Shown one piece after another: positions 11,064-20,207 of a DNA stretch of 64,000 nucleotides. The stretch is taken from NCBI GenBank assembly GCA_041660065.1, contig JBAZXC010000002.1:25084-89083 (forward strand), written 5' to 3'. The notes under the pieces are model-generated. The model was not told the DNA's origin. It made no database searches and saw nothing but the letters and a program-made list of their open reading frames with translations. The stretch comes from Parcubacteria group bacterium. GTDB lineage: Bacteria; Patescibacteriota; Minisyncoccia; Moranbacterales; GCA-2747515. Both the position numbers and the translations under genes were made by a program. Position 1 is the first letter of the stretch; each line of letters opens with the position of its first letter.

Positions 11064-11810
11064 CTAAAAACTAAGATCTGGCGGATAATCTCGTAGTGAG
11101 ACAGAGGTTTGAATATAGATTGGCTGATCTCTCCTTTGTTCATAGAGGATATTTGTGCTCGACGGCAACACAGACATACCGATCGTCACGCGTCCGATCG
11201 TATCGGTTTTTTGGGAATCAAGTTGATCCATATAGCGCGTTGGTGCAGTCCAAAATTTCCCCGTAACATATCCGCTGGTCAACCGCTCCAATTTATAATC
11301 CGGACTACTCGGTACATACGTCGCATCTTTCGTACATTCCTCAATCTGATCAAAGCCAATTCCTACCATAGATTCGACCCATAGCGCACTATCATCATAT
11401 TTGCTTCCTGCCCGACCCTCGCCTGTCGCAAAATAAAACCGCATACACAATTCTTGCGAAAAATCATAAAGTACTAACTTGTTTGATCCATCAATACGCA
11501 AAAGAGAAAAATCATCCGTGTTCCCCTGTGCACTCGCGAATTGTGCCGGATCACGCAAGTCCTCATTATTCCTCCCCAATACCGTCGCCGTGCGCAATGT
11601 CTTTGCCATGTAGTTCATCGCAAATTGCGCATTTTCCAGATCATTTTGCGATACACGCGCATTTCGATATGCCTGAATTTGCCGTGCAAAGATGCCCACG
11701 ATCGCCGTCATGATGATGAGAAAAATGAAAATCGACACCATGAGCTCGATAAGCGTAAATCCTTTTTTGCAATTTTTTATTCTCCAATTATTCATTGTAT
11801 GATTTTTCAT
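11064..11810 (-). CDS. Pseudopilin / minor pilin (prepilin-type N-terminal cleavage/methylation domain)
   Basis: KKG|FTLIELMVSIFIFLII class III signal peptide. Start chosen at MKNHTMNNW; the ORF extends to 11885. Confidence 0.7.
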   Translation of the reverse strand: MKNHTMNNWRIKNCKKGFTLIELMVSIFIFLIIMTAIVGIFARQIQAYRNARVSQNDLENAQFAMNYMAKTLRTATVLGRNNEDLRDPAQFASAQGNTDDFSLLRIDGSNKLVLYDFSQELCMRFYFATGEGRAGSKYDDSALWVESMVGIGFDQIEECTKDATYVPSSPDYKLERLTSGYVTGKFWTAPTRYMDQLDSQKTDTIGRVTIGMSVLPSSTNILYEQRRDQPIYIQTSVSLRDYPPDLSF

Positions 11811-11815
11811 AGTTA

Positions 11816-12466
11816 TCAATCGCCATAGTTGATCCATGACGTCAGTCGCGTTTGCGCATAGACACATCCTTTTGCGATCATGCAATCCTTTTCAATATTT
11901 GCTTTCGTCGGGAAATCCGCGCCGCCAAAAACCACCACACTTGTCACATTCGCGATAATCTCATCTGGTGGCGTTGCTGCATTTATCGGGCCATTATTGG
12001 ACCGATCGTATTCTATGTAAATCTTTCGACGCAAGCCGGTTTCAAGAAACGTATTTCCTCCGGATTGATGCGTATACATACCGGTTGCCGTGTTGAGATA
12101 GATCTCCGATGGAGAGTTATTACACAAAAACTTAGAATCCGTCCCCCCAGTGTTATAGTCGATCGTACACTCAATGATCTGTGATCCTGTAATTGATGGA
12201 AATCCGTATTCTTGATCAAATGCCGTGCACCGCTCTGAACCGGTTCCGCATGTTGACTGCGTCACGTTATTATCTCGCACATTGCGCACCAACTCCGTCC
12301 CTTCTTGCGCGAGCAATGTCGCGATCACCGCATCACGACTGTCATGCAAATCTCCCACGCTTCGCACAGTCAGATAGATTGCATCCACAATACCCACAAG
12401 CAAAATAAACATCGCCACCATCACCTCGCCGATCGAAAAACCTCTTTTGTTTTTTTTATTATACAT
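11816..12466 (-). CDS. Pseudopilin / minor pilin
   Basis: KRG|FSIGEVMVAMFILLVGIV prepilin motif. Start chosen at MYNKKNKRG; the ORF extends to 12487. Confidence 0.65.
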   Translation of the reverse strand: MYNKKNKRGFSIGEVMVAMFILLVGIVDAIYLTVRSVGDLHDSRDAVIATLLAQEGTELVRNVRDNNVTQSTCGTGSERCTAFDQEYGFPSITGSQIIECTIDYNTGGTDSKFLCNNSPSEIYLNTATGMYTHQSGGNTFLETGLRRKIYIEYDRSNNGPINAATPPDEIIANVTSVVVFGGADFPTKANIEKDCMIAKGCVYAQTRLTSWINYGD

Positions 12467-12471
12467 AAATT

Positions 12472-13071
12472 TCAATAAAACGGACATGCAATATCACTAT
12501 CATTGAATCCCAACTCCTCTATAAGTCCGGTCGAATATACACAGACGTGGAATTTTTTGTCTTCATTGTTCTTTTTAATCACAAAATCAGTGCCCGTACT
12601 TGGGACTGTTTCCTGCGTGCCGCTGTCATAATATTTGCCATAGGGCACCGTAAAAATTACATGATCACTTACGCGACCCCTACTGTCATGTCCTGTAATG
12701 CTCATCCCATTGGAAGAAACATCCTCTGACAAAAAAGGGACGCCATATGCGTTTACATCCGTGTCCGTCGGACAAAATGTATCTATTGTACGCTGTGTTC
12801 CCCGAATGCTATAACCACTACTACCATTCAAAATAAATGCAAAAGAGCATGGCAACATGTCATTGTCACGCTGGCGACCTGTCAATGCGTTATTTTGCGC
12901 CTCACGCACAGCAGCAGAAACTTCTCGTCCGACAGCCTCAAGCTCTTTGGTCGAACGATCCTTAAATGAGATCACAAACATCACCATCGTCATAATCACA
13001 ATGATCGCAACGATAATGACCATTTCCAACAGTGAAAAACCTCGCCTCGTCCGTATTTTTGTTTTATACAT
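12472..13071 (-). CDS. Pseudopilin / minor pilin
   Basis: RRG|FSLLEMVIIVAIIVIM prepilin motif. Start chosen at MYKTKIRTRRG; the ORF extends to 13086. Confidence 0.7.
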   Translation of the reverse strand: MYKTKIRTRRGFSLLEMVIIVAIIVIMTMVMFVISFKDRSTKELEAVGREVSAAVREAQNNALTGRQRDNDMLPCSFAFILNGSSGYSIRGTQRTIDTFCPTDTDVNAYGVPFLSEDVSSNGMSITGHDSRGRVSDHVIFTVPYGKYYDSGTQETVPSTGTDFVIKKNNEDKKFHVCVYSTGLIEELGFNDSDIACPFY

Positions 13072-13142
13072 ATGTGTATTATCCATATGTCCCTTATTAT
13101 ATCATACACAATTCAAATTTGCACAAAGACGCGCAGATCACA

Positions 13143-13940
13143 TCACAAAAAAAGCGAGATCATATGCGGATAGACATTTTGCACGACAAATGCCGCACCC
13201 AGACCAAAGATGAGAAACGGACCAAAAGGCACTTCCGTCTTGAGAGATCGTTTTTTGATCACCATAAGACCGATCCCATAGATCGCACCCACGCAAAACG
13301 CTACCAAAAGTGCGATAAACGTGCCGATCGGTCCCAAAAGAAGTCCTATGGCAATCGCGATAAACGCATCCCCATATCCCATCCATGTTTCATCGGAGAT
13401 ATAACTCAATCCAAAGAAAAAACAAAACGCCACCACTGCACTCATGCCATGCGTAAAAGAAACACTACTCCACACATCCGTCCAAAAAGCGTCAATATGA
13501 AGATCTCGTGTCATATTTGCAACGATAAGCAATGCAATAGCCATCCACATCACATTCATGGGAATTTCCATGTATTTCCAATCATACACAAAAATAACGA
13601 CCAGATGCGCAAACACAAAAGCATACAGCACCGCAACAAGAAGATGATCAATTGATCCATGCACAAAAAAAGCACCAACAGCACCAAAGATCGCTCCCGT
13701 AGCAAACTCGACCAACGGATATTGCATCGAGATTTTCTTTTGACATGCGCGACATTTGCCACGCAATAAAATATAACTCAAAACCGGAATGTTATCTTTC
13801 CATGCAATATTTTTTTTGCACTGCGGACAGTGTGATTTTTGCACGACCAATCCCTCCCCTGTGCGCAAACGGCAAATCACCACATTGCAAAAACTCCCAA
13901 TCACCAACCCATAAATAAAAAAGAGAATTATATAGATCAT
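13143..13940 (-). CDS. pilD: Prepilin peptidase (A24 family, PilD-like)
   Basis: N-terminal TM helix, zinc-binding CxxC...CxxC (CPQCKK...CRACQKK) in the first cytoplasmic loop, and a polytopic membrane domain. Confidence 0.85.
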   Translation of the reverse strand: MIYIILFFIYGLVIGSFCNVVICRLRTGEGLVVQKSHCPQCKKNIAWKDNIPVLSYILLRGKCRACQKKISMQYPLVEFATGAIFGAVGAFFVHGSIDHLLVAVLYAFVFAHLVVIFVYDWKYMEIPMNVMWMAIALLIVANMTRDLHIDAFWTDVWSSVSFTHGMSAVVAFCFFFGLSYISDETWMGYGDAFIAIAIGLLLGPIGTFIALLVAFCVGAIYGIGLMVIKKRSLKTEVPFGPFLIFGLGAAFVVQNVYPHMISLFL

Positions 13941-14010
13941 ATTTATTACATATCCACTTTTGACTTTTGCATTTATACTTTTTACTTTTGCCTTTTGACT
14001 TTTGACTTAT

Positions 14011-14427
14011 CTAGCATCCTTCATCGCTGACAAAACCGATCTCACTGTACGTGATGCTTGTACAATTTCCCGCGTTTCCCGTTCCCGGGGTGATTACAAT
14101 CTCAAAATGTCCGTCAAAATCACATTGTATCGGCACTGTGACCGCACCAATATGTGCATCATCAGGATACACGCTATCAGCCAGATCCGTATCACTGCAA
14201 ATCGCCACAGTAGAGCCTGCATTGACCGCCTTACTTTGGATGTCTCCATTCTCATCACAGCACATAATACCCGCCTTGTGGATCGTTGCCGCACTCGACT
14301 TGAATGAAGCGTCCTTTGCCTTATTACGTGCATATCCCAAGGTCGTCAAGATGATTGACGCCAAAATACCAATGATCGCTATTGTGATCAAAAGCTCGAT
14401 CAATGTAAAGGCTTTTTTGGTATGCAT
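14011..14427 (-). CDS. Type IV pilin (major-pilin-like) with a Cys-rich, Ser/Thr-rich C-terminal domain
   Basis: MHTKKA|[19 protein letters not shown]. The residue at -1 is Ala rather than the canonical Gly. Shares the ARNKAK(D/Q)ASFKSSA segment and the Cys pattern (CC...C...C...GC end) with the pilin at 34054-34440. Confidence 0.8.
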   Translation of the reverse strand: MHTKKAFTLIELLITIAIIGILASIILTTLGYARNKAKDASFKSSAATIHKAGIMCCDENGDIQSKAVNAGSTVAICSDTDLADSVYPDDAHIGAVTVPIQCDFDGHFEIVITPGTGNAGNCTSITYSEIGFVSDEGC

Positions 14428-14524
14428 AACGGGAAAACAAAAAATCACACCTCCCCTTTGCTATTATCATATCATATACATCCAAAATTCATAGCATACA
14501 CAAAACAACAATATATCTTTTTTA

Positions 14525-15241
14525 CTATAAATAGGCACGGTGTTTGAACTCTTTGCTACTTGAGGGAATGAAAAAAGTATCCATTTGCCAAAAAGATTTA
14601 TCATGTTTTCTCAACATTAGATCAACTATTTCTATTGGAGAAAAACCCCGCTCTTCCATATATGCACACATTTGATAATATTTGAGGCTATCGTTTGTAA
14701 TTTGAAAGTTATAAGTCTCCAATATTATCAATTCAGCAGATCTGATAATTTCTTTTGCGCCCTCTAAAATTGGTATTTCAAATCCATGTGTGTCAAGTTT
14801 CAATAAATAAGGACCTTTCAACTGTCTTCTTTTGATCTCATTGTCAAGTGAAATTGCGTGTACTTCAACGCCATTTTCAAATGGTGTATCGGATGCCAGT
14901 CCTCCAAACTTAGCATGATTATCAAAATAGATTTTTCCATCTTTTTCGCCTGCTGCTGCAACTATAAATTGGGCATTTTTATTTTTGTGAACAAATTTAT
15001 TGAGGTCATCAGTGTGTGCATCTTGCGCATCTACAAGTAGATAATCTGCCTTCGGAAAAGTTTCCATGCAAAGTTTCGACCACTGGCCATTGGATGCACC
15101 TATATCAATAACAGTCTTGGGGTTTATTCCTCTCTGAGAACATCTTTTCAGCCCACCCCTCATTGTTAAATTTTCACCATGAATCTGACTATGAATGAAT
15201 TCGGATGTTTCTCTTTTAAAATTTAAGATACTGTTTATCAT
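14525..15241 (-). CDS. FkbM-family methyltransferase
   Basis: IDIGASNGQWS motif and a C-terminal KLDTHGFE...ILETYNF region, characteristic of the FkbM family. Confidence 0.7.
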   Translation of the reverse strand: MINSILNFKRETSEFIHSQIHGENLTMRGGLKRCSQRGINPKTVIDIGASNGQWSKLCMETFPKADYLLVDAQDAHTDDLNKFVHKNKNAQFIVAAAGEKDGKIYFDNHAKFGGLASDTPFENGVEVHAISLDNEIKRRQLKGPYLLKLDTHGFEIPILEGAKEIIRSAELIILETYNFQITNDSLKYYQMCAYMEERGFSPIEIVDLMLRKHDKSFWQMDTFFIPSSSKEFKHRAYL

Positions 15242-15249
15242 AATATTTA

Positions 15250-15345
15250 TGTTTATAAATTATTTTTTATGTCATTCCCGCCCTCCACAGGCGGATAAAT
15301 TCCAGCGGGAATTTTGCTTCCCCCTTGTCATTCCCGTGAAAACGG
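15250..15345. repeat. Two hairpins sharing ATTCCCG/CGGGAAT stems
   Basis: attcccgccctccacaggcggataaattccagcgggaat and attcccgtgaaaacgggaat. The second is exactly ATTCCC-N8-GGGAAT. They lie between the GT4 gene stop and the FkbM gene start. Confidence 0.7.
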
Positions 15346-15350
15346 GAATC

Positions 15351-16595
15351 TTAGCCCTTTTCCAATAAAATATCTTCATATAATTGTATGTATTTTTTTG
15401 CGACAATTTTTGAGTCAAATGTTGCCACTACTTTTTTCCTTGCATTTACTCGGAGATCCGCACAATTTTCATTATGCAAGATCCATTCAATGCCCTGGGC
15501 CAGATCCTTTGTGTCAAAAGGTTTTGCCACATATCCATTTTTTTTGTGATCGATCATGTCACTGTTGCCACCAATATCAAATCCCACAACAGGCGTCGCG
15601 CATGACAAACTCTCCATGATGGCATTTGAGAGATTTTCCTGTAAACTCGGTACCACCATCACATCAGCGGCACTATATAGGTTCACCAACTCCATATCAT
15701 TGTTGATGTGTCCCAAGTAATGTGTTTTAAAACCAAAATCCTGATCTTGATCCTCTTTGGCATTTCCAAAAACCACCAGCTCGATATCATCCGACTGCAA
15801 TTGATGCAATGCGGCGCATAATTCTTTAAAGCCTTTTCTGGGATCTTCTGTAGAATTTACTGCGCCAAACAGCACAAGCTTCTTATCCTGTGGCAAATTG
15901 AACATCTTCCGTGCCTCGGTTTTTTCCACTGCACAAAACACCGTCGTATCTATAGGATTTGGCAAGTTGATGTGCCGGTGATTTTTGAGCAGACTGCTTT
16001 GCTTGGAACACTCCGTCAACCATTTGCTTAAGCCGACTATGGTCAAATTTTTCATTTGAGAAAAAACATCACTCTTTCTTTTGAAAATTTTTCTACTGAG
16101 GTCTTTCTCTTTTTTACTGCGCAATACTTTGCAATTTCCGCATTGCGCATGATATAAACCACATTCATCATCATAATGACATCCGCCCGTAAATGCCCAC
16201 ATATCGTGCAATGACCACACAATAGGTGCGTTGATTTTTGACAGATCCTCTATTTTTATCATGCCCAGACAGATCCAGTGCAAATGCACAATATCAGGAT
16301 CAATCTCATTGATACGATCCACGATGCTCCTGTGAGGAAACCATGAGGAACTGAAAAATGCTTTCGTCTTATTGCGATAGGGATACAAATGAATCGCATC
16401 TATAATTGGACGCAAGTTATTGAAAAATTTGTAAATTTTGGATTTTTCAGTTATTACAGTCTCATCATCGCTCCTTTTGTACTGCACAAGCATCTGACTA
16501 TCGATGCCCTGACCTAACAACGAACGATGAAGTCTATGTGCCGCCCGTGCCGCACCACCATAAATATCAAATGTATTAACTATGAGTATTTTCAT
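15351..16595 (-). CDS. Glycosyltransferase family 4 (GT-B, Glycos_transf_1)
   Basis: N-terminus GGAARAAHRL and C-terminus VVPSLQENLSNAIMESLSCATPVVGFDIGG (E-X7-E-like motif). Confidence 0.8.
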   Translation of the reverse strand: MKILIVNTFDIYGGAARAAHRLHRSLLGQGIDSQMLVQYKRSDDETVITEKSKIYKFFNNLRPIIDAIHLYPYRNKTKAFFSSSWFPHRSIVDRINEIDPDIVHLHWICLGMIKIEDLSKINAPIVWSLHDMWAFTGGCHYDDECGLYHAQCGNCKVLRSKKEKDLSRKIFKRKSDVFSQMKNLTIVGLSKWLTECSKQSSLLKNHRHINLPNPIDTTVFCAVEKTEARKMFNLPQDKKLVLFGAVNSTEDPRKGFKELCAALHQLQSDDIELVVFGNAKEDQDQDFGFKTHYLGHINNDMELVNLYSAADVMVVPSLQENLSNAIMESLSCATPVVGFDIGGNSDMIDHKKNGYVAKPFDTKDLAQGIEWILHNENCADLRVNARKKVVATFDSKIVAKKYIQLYEDILLEKG

Positions 16596-17422
16596 TTTAT
16601 AATTGATCTCTTTATAGATTTTAACGTAGTCTCCATAAATTTCAAAATAGGAAAAGAAAATTTTGATAACTTCTCAAAAAATCTTATTTGAACCCAATTT
16701 TGGTCTTTAACTTTGACCTTTTGAAAGATCGTCGCATGACTTCCTGCCAATTTCCCAATCACTTTGAGCCCCATCATCATCGCAAAGAGATTGAATGTGT
16801 ATCGGAAATGAAAATTTTGAGGCAGATGACACTTGATAACGGGGAAAAAGCAATTTGCGATGATCAAATAGCCATCTTTTTTTACGGCTTTTATCATCCC
16901 CGCAAAATCCTCTAGAGGATCCGAAACGTGCTCCAAAACATCCGTACTCACCAGACAATCATATTCAAAATCCAATTTATCCACGATTGTGATATTTCCA
17001 AATTCCTCCGCTCTTTTTAAACCAAATTCACTTGGATGCGGTTCATAAATATTTACACTGCTTTTTCCATCTTTTTGCGCCACCAATCTCGCCAAAGTGC
17101 CGAAACCTCCGCCGTAATCAAGCACGTTTTTTATGTCATGATCGACAATCCAATCACTTATGGCATGACGGTGACCCATCGAAACATCATCCTGCTCTAT
17201 AAATAATCCGTTTAATAACCAAACCGGATGAGAATAATATCGTGATATTTTCTCAAAATTATTTTTTTTATTATCGCACCCATATTCATCCCAAACCAAA
17301 TCCATCAAATACCACATTTGCTCAAGATCATCGACCATGCTCGCATTGGCCTTTTGCAATAGATTCACGACCTCTCTCCTTTCTCTTTCTGTTAAATTTT
17401 TATCTTCTAAACTGATTTTCAT
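16592..17422 (-). CDS. Class I SAM-dependent methyltransferase
   Basis: Motif I VLDYGGGFGTLARL. ATGA overlap with the downstream gene. Confidence 0.65.
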   Translation of the reverse strand: MKISLEDKNLTERERREVVNLLQKANASMVDDLEQMWYLMDLVWDEYGCDNKKNNFEKISRYYSHPVWLLNGLFIEQDDVSMGHRHAISDWIVDHDIKNVLDYGGGFGTLARLVAQKDGKSSVNIYEPHPSEFGLKRAEEFGNITIVDKLDFEYDCLVSTDVLEHVSDPLEDFAGMIKAVKKDGYLIIANCFFPVIKCHLPQNFHFRYTFNLFAMMMGLKVIGKLAGSHATIFQKVKVKDQNWVQIRFFEKLSKFSFPILKFMETTLKSIKRSIIK

Positions 17423-17485
17423 AAATTATCGAGATTGATTATGTGATAAATATATACTGTAAATACGACTTTAAAAAATAGGTTG

Positions 17486-18211
17486 TTATATCGAAACGCT
17501 AATTTTTTTCCTAGCAATAACTACGTTATCTAAGTATAAATTATCATTTTTTGGCAGTATTTTTGATAAAATTGCCCCAACGATATTTACAGGCGCTATC
17601 AAAATAATAGTTATCAACACGTTTAAATAATTATTTTTTGTTAATGTTACGTCATATATATATGACGTAACTAACTGAAATATCGTTTCTATTCCTTTGC
17701 TCGTTTTTCTACTATCCAGCATCTCAAAACCATGCTCGCTTAAAATATGTTTTAAGCCAAATGATGTATATCTTGCAAAATCATATGGCTTTTCATGTTC
17801 TTCCCAAACGAGGGGAACGGTCAATAAAAAAATACCATCTTTTTTTAAAACTCTATTAGCCTCTTTCAAAAAATGACCTGGATTAAACACATGCTCAAAA
17901 ACTTGACTGGAAATTAAGCTATCAAAACTTGCATCACCAAATGGCATTTTATTACAGTCATAAAAATAATCCGCTTTTTCATTTGGTCTTCCTTCTACAT
18001 CAAGTCCAATATACTCATCACACACACACAAATTTTCGTATGGCTTTGATCCGCACCCAATATCCAAAACCCTGCCCCTTAAATTTACTATTAGATCTGA
18101 TACATTCTTATGCAAACCCCTTCTTGAAAAATAAAAAGGATTTATAAACAAACCAACAAAGCTGGGATTGAACTGCTCTCTTTCATATAATAACCTTATT
18201 TTTTCCAGCAT
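17486..18211 (-). CDS. Class I SAM-dependent methyltransferase (Methyltransf_11-like)
   Basis: Motif I VLDIGCGSKPYE and motif II/III LISSQVFEHVFNPGHFLKEANRVLKKDGIFLL. Confidence 0.7.
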   Translation of the reverse strand: MLEKIRLLYEREQFNPSFVGLFINPFYFSRRGLHKNVSDLIVNLRGRVLDIGCGSKPYENLCVCDEYIGLDVEGRPNEKADYFYDCNKMPFGDASFDSLISSQVFEHVFNPGHFLKEANRVLKKDGIFLLTVPLVWEEHEKPYDFARYTSFGLKHILSEHGFEMLDSRKTSKGIETIFQLVTSYIYDVTLTKNNYLNVLITIILIAPVNIVGAILSKILPKNDNLYLDNVVIARKKISVSI

Positions 18212-19119
18212 AACTTTTTCTCAAACAAATATTTTTTAAATAGTTTATAAAAGGATGTATTTCTCTTATAAAATTTTATGATCTTACGCACCGCCAAATC
18301 ATTCTCTCTCAAAACTGCATCCATTCTTACATTATATGATGAATTAAGACTGTTTTTGAAGATATCACCCCCTCGACAATTATGCCCGCTATCATCAATG
18401 CCTATATTATCGACAAAAGTTTTAGCTGGATTTAAACAGAGTCCACCCTGTTTAAATATAGTAGCATACCAAAAAATTGCCCACGTATCATTTTTTTTCA
18501 TTTTATTGGCGATGATCTGATCCCAAAACCCCGTTCCATTACATACGTTAAATTTTTTGATAGCTTTTTGATCAAATGTGGCAATGATTTTATCAAGATC
18601 TTTCTCAAAATATTGCCACCGATCGCGCCATGTTGCCCACCCCCAGCAATTCATACCCCTCCAAAGGAAAACATCATCAAGCCCATCGGTGTCGATTGGA
18701 TAATTCCATCCGCTGATATGCCACACTTTTTTTTCATTCTCATAATAATCCAATGCATCATTCATAAATTTCAAAAAGTATGGACTCGTGACCAGATCAT
18801 CTTCCAGCACAATAACCTTTCCATACATATTCACGATTTCCGTAACGCCGTCAATGATGGAATTTGCGAGTCCTTTGTTTTTTTCTTGCTCAATAATCGT
18901 CACTTTTTTGAATCCTGTTATGGTTTTGATATATGCACGCACCGCATCCACATCCTCTTGTACTTTTTCATCTCGCGCATTATCGCTATACACAAAAAGA
19001 TCGCTATCAAGCGCAAGATCATTTTTTTGCAACGCCTCAACCGTCCGTCGCGTATGCTCAGGGCGGTTATATACAAACAATACAATTGGCGCTAAATTAT
19101 GCATTTTTTTGAGTAACAT
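18196..19119 (-). CDS. Putative glycosyltransferase (GT-A-like; family uncertain)
   Basis: N-terminal IVLFVYNRPEHTRRTVEAL...LFVYSDN followed by a DD-containing segment (VIVLEDDLVTSPYF). A near-identical copy of its 5' end lies at 19998-20207. Confidence 0.45.
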   Translation of the reverse strand: MLLKKMHNLAPIVLFVYNRPEHTRRTVEALQKNDLALDSDLFVYSDNARDEKVQEDVDAVRAYIKTITGFKKVTIIEQEKNKGLANSIIDGVTEIVNMYGKVIVLEDDLVTSPYFLKFMNDALDYYENEKKVWHISGWNYPIDTDGLDDVFLWRGMNCWGWATWRDRWQYFEKDLDKIIATFDQKAIKKFNVCNGTGFWDQIIANKMKKNDTWAIFWYATIFKQGGLCLNPAKTFVDNIGIDDSGHNCRGGDIFKNSLNSSYNVRMDAVLRENDLAVRKIIKFYKRNTSFYKLFKKYLFEKKLCWKK

Positions 19120-19139
19120 TGGAAAATATATTATCTAAA

Positions 19140-19931
19140 TTATTTTTTAAGAATTGCGATAATGTTTTGAAATGCATAAATTTCACAAAACACTGGTGAA
19201 TAGTCTTTTATTTTCAAAAGTTCTCCACCAGGCAAAATTCTATAGAAATTATAATTTGGTAGAAAATCCCAAAAATCTTTAAAATTCGTTCTGCTTATAA
19301 TATTCATTTCATTGAATTCAAAATGTATAGCATTTATTTGATTATTTTTTATATACTTCTCAACACCTCTCAAAACATTAAACTCATTACCTTCTACATC
19401 AATCTTTAATAGATGTATTTCTCTAATATTGTGTTCTTGAATAAACGAATCCAAAGAAATCACATCTACCAAATGTGAGACAGCGTTCCCCTTGTGCAAA
19501 TCCTCAATAACATTTTTATACAATGAGGCGTGCGAAGACCCGTCATTACAATCATAATCATATAATTTCATCACACCACTCTCATTTCCCACCGCTACGT
19601 TATATGCAGTGAAATTATCACTCTTTACTTTGTTAATTAATTTTTGATATGTCCTGGGATGTGGCTCAAATGCAAAAATAATGCTACTATTATTCATTTT
19701 TAAAACAGTGGAAGAATAATTTCCAACGTTTGCGCCAACATCAATAACAATTGGGGATTTTTTGTTGTCCAAATATTTCTTGAGCCATATATTCTCGCCA
19801 GTTAGATAGCTACTTTTATAATTCAAGACACCCAATCCTCTCAAGCCCAATTGGTAAATTAGTCTATTGAACTTTCTAAATATTTTTCTACAAAATATAT
19901 ATGCGTACAGATTGTATATTTTTTCTATCAT
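19140..19931 (-). CDS. FkbM-family methyltransferase
   Basis: VIDVGANVGNYSS...FAFEPHP...LLKIDVEGNEFNVL. Confidence 0.75.
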   Translation of the reverse strand: MIEKIYNLYAYIFCRKIFRKFNRLIYQLGLRGLGVLNYKSSYLTGENIWLKKYLDNKKSPIVIDVGANVGNYSSTVLKMNNSSIIFAFEPHPRTYQKLINKVKSDNFTAYNVAVGNESGVMKLYDYDCNDGSSHASLYKNVIEDLHKGNAVSHLVDVISLDSFIQEHNIREIHLLKIDVEGNEFNVLRGVEKYIKNNQINAIHFEFNEMNIISRTNFKDFWDFLPNYNFYRILPGGELLKIKDYSPVFCEIYAFQNIIAILKK

Positions 19932-19997
19932 TTAGTTTGTTTTTTATTAAATCACACAGATCATCATCTCCACACAAAATATTTTACACCCCTGAAT

Positions 19998-20207
19998 TTA
20001 TATTTCAAAATAATTAATCCGAACATACTCACCAAAGACAGCCACCCGATGAACAAGATACTTACAATTTTTATCTCGCGCATTATCACTATACACAAAA
20101 AGCTCGCTATCAAGCGCAAGATCATTTTTTTGCAACGCCTCGACCGTCCGTCGCGTATGCTCAGGGCGGTTATATACAAACAATACAATTGGCGCTAAAT
20201 TATTCAT
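19998..20207 (-). pseudogene. Truncated duplicate of the 5' end of the glycosyltransferase gene at 18196-19119
   Basis: About 145 nt (20063-20207) match 18970-19113 with about 4 mismatches. The encoded MNNLAPIVLFVYNRPEHTRRTVEALQKNDLALDSELFVYSDNARD then diverges and terminates after 69 aa. Confidence 0.8.

Noticed and set aside
13032-13655. 207 aa plus-strand His/Lys-rich ORF
   Set aside because: Antisense to the prepilin peptidase gene and the pseudopilin start. Composition reflects reading AT-rich coding DNA backwards.
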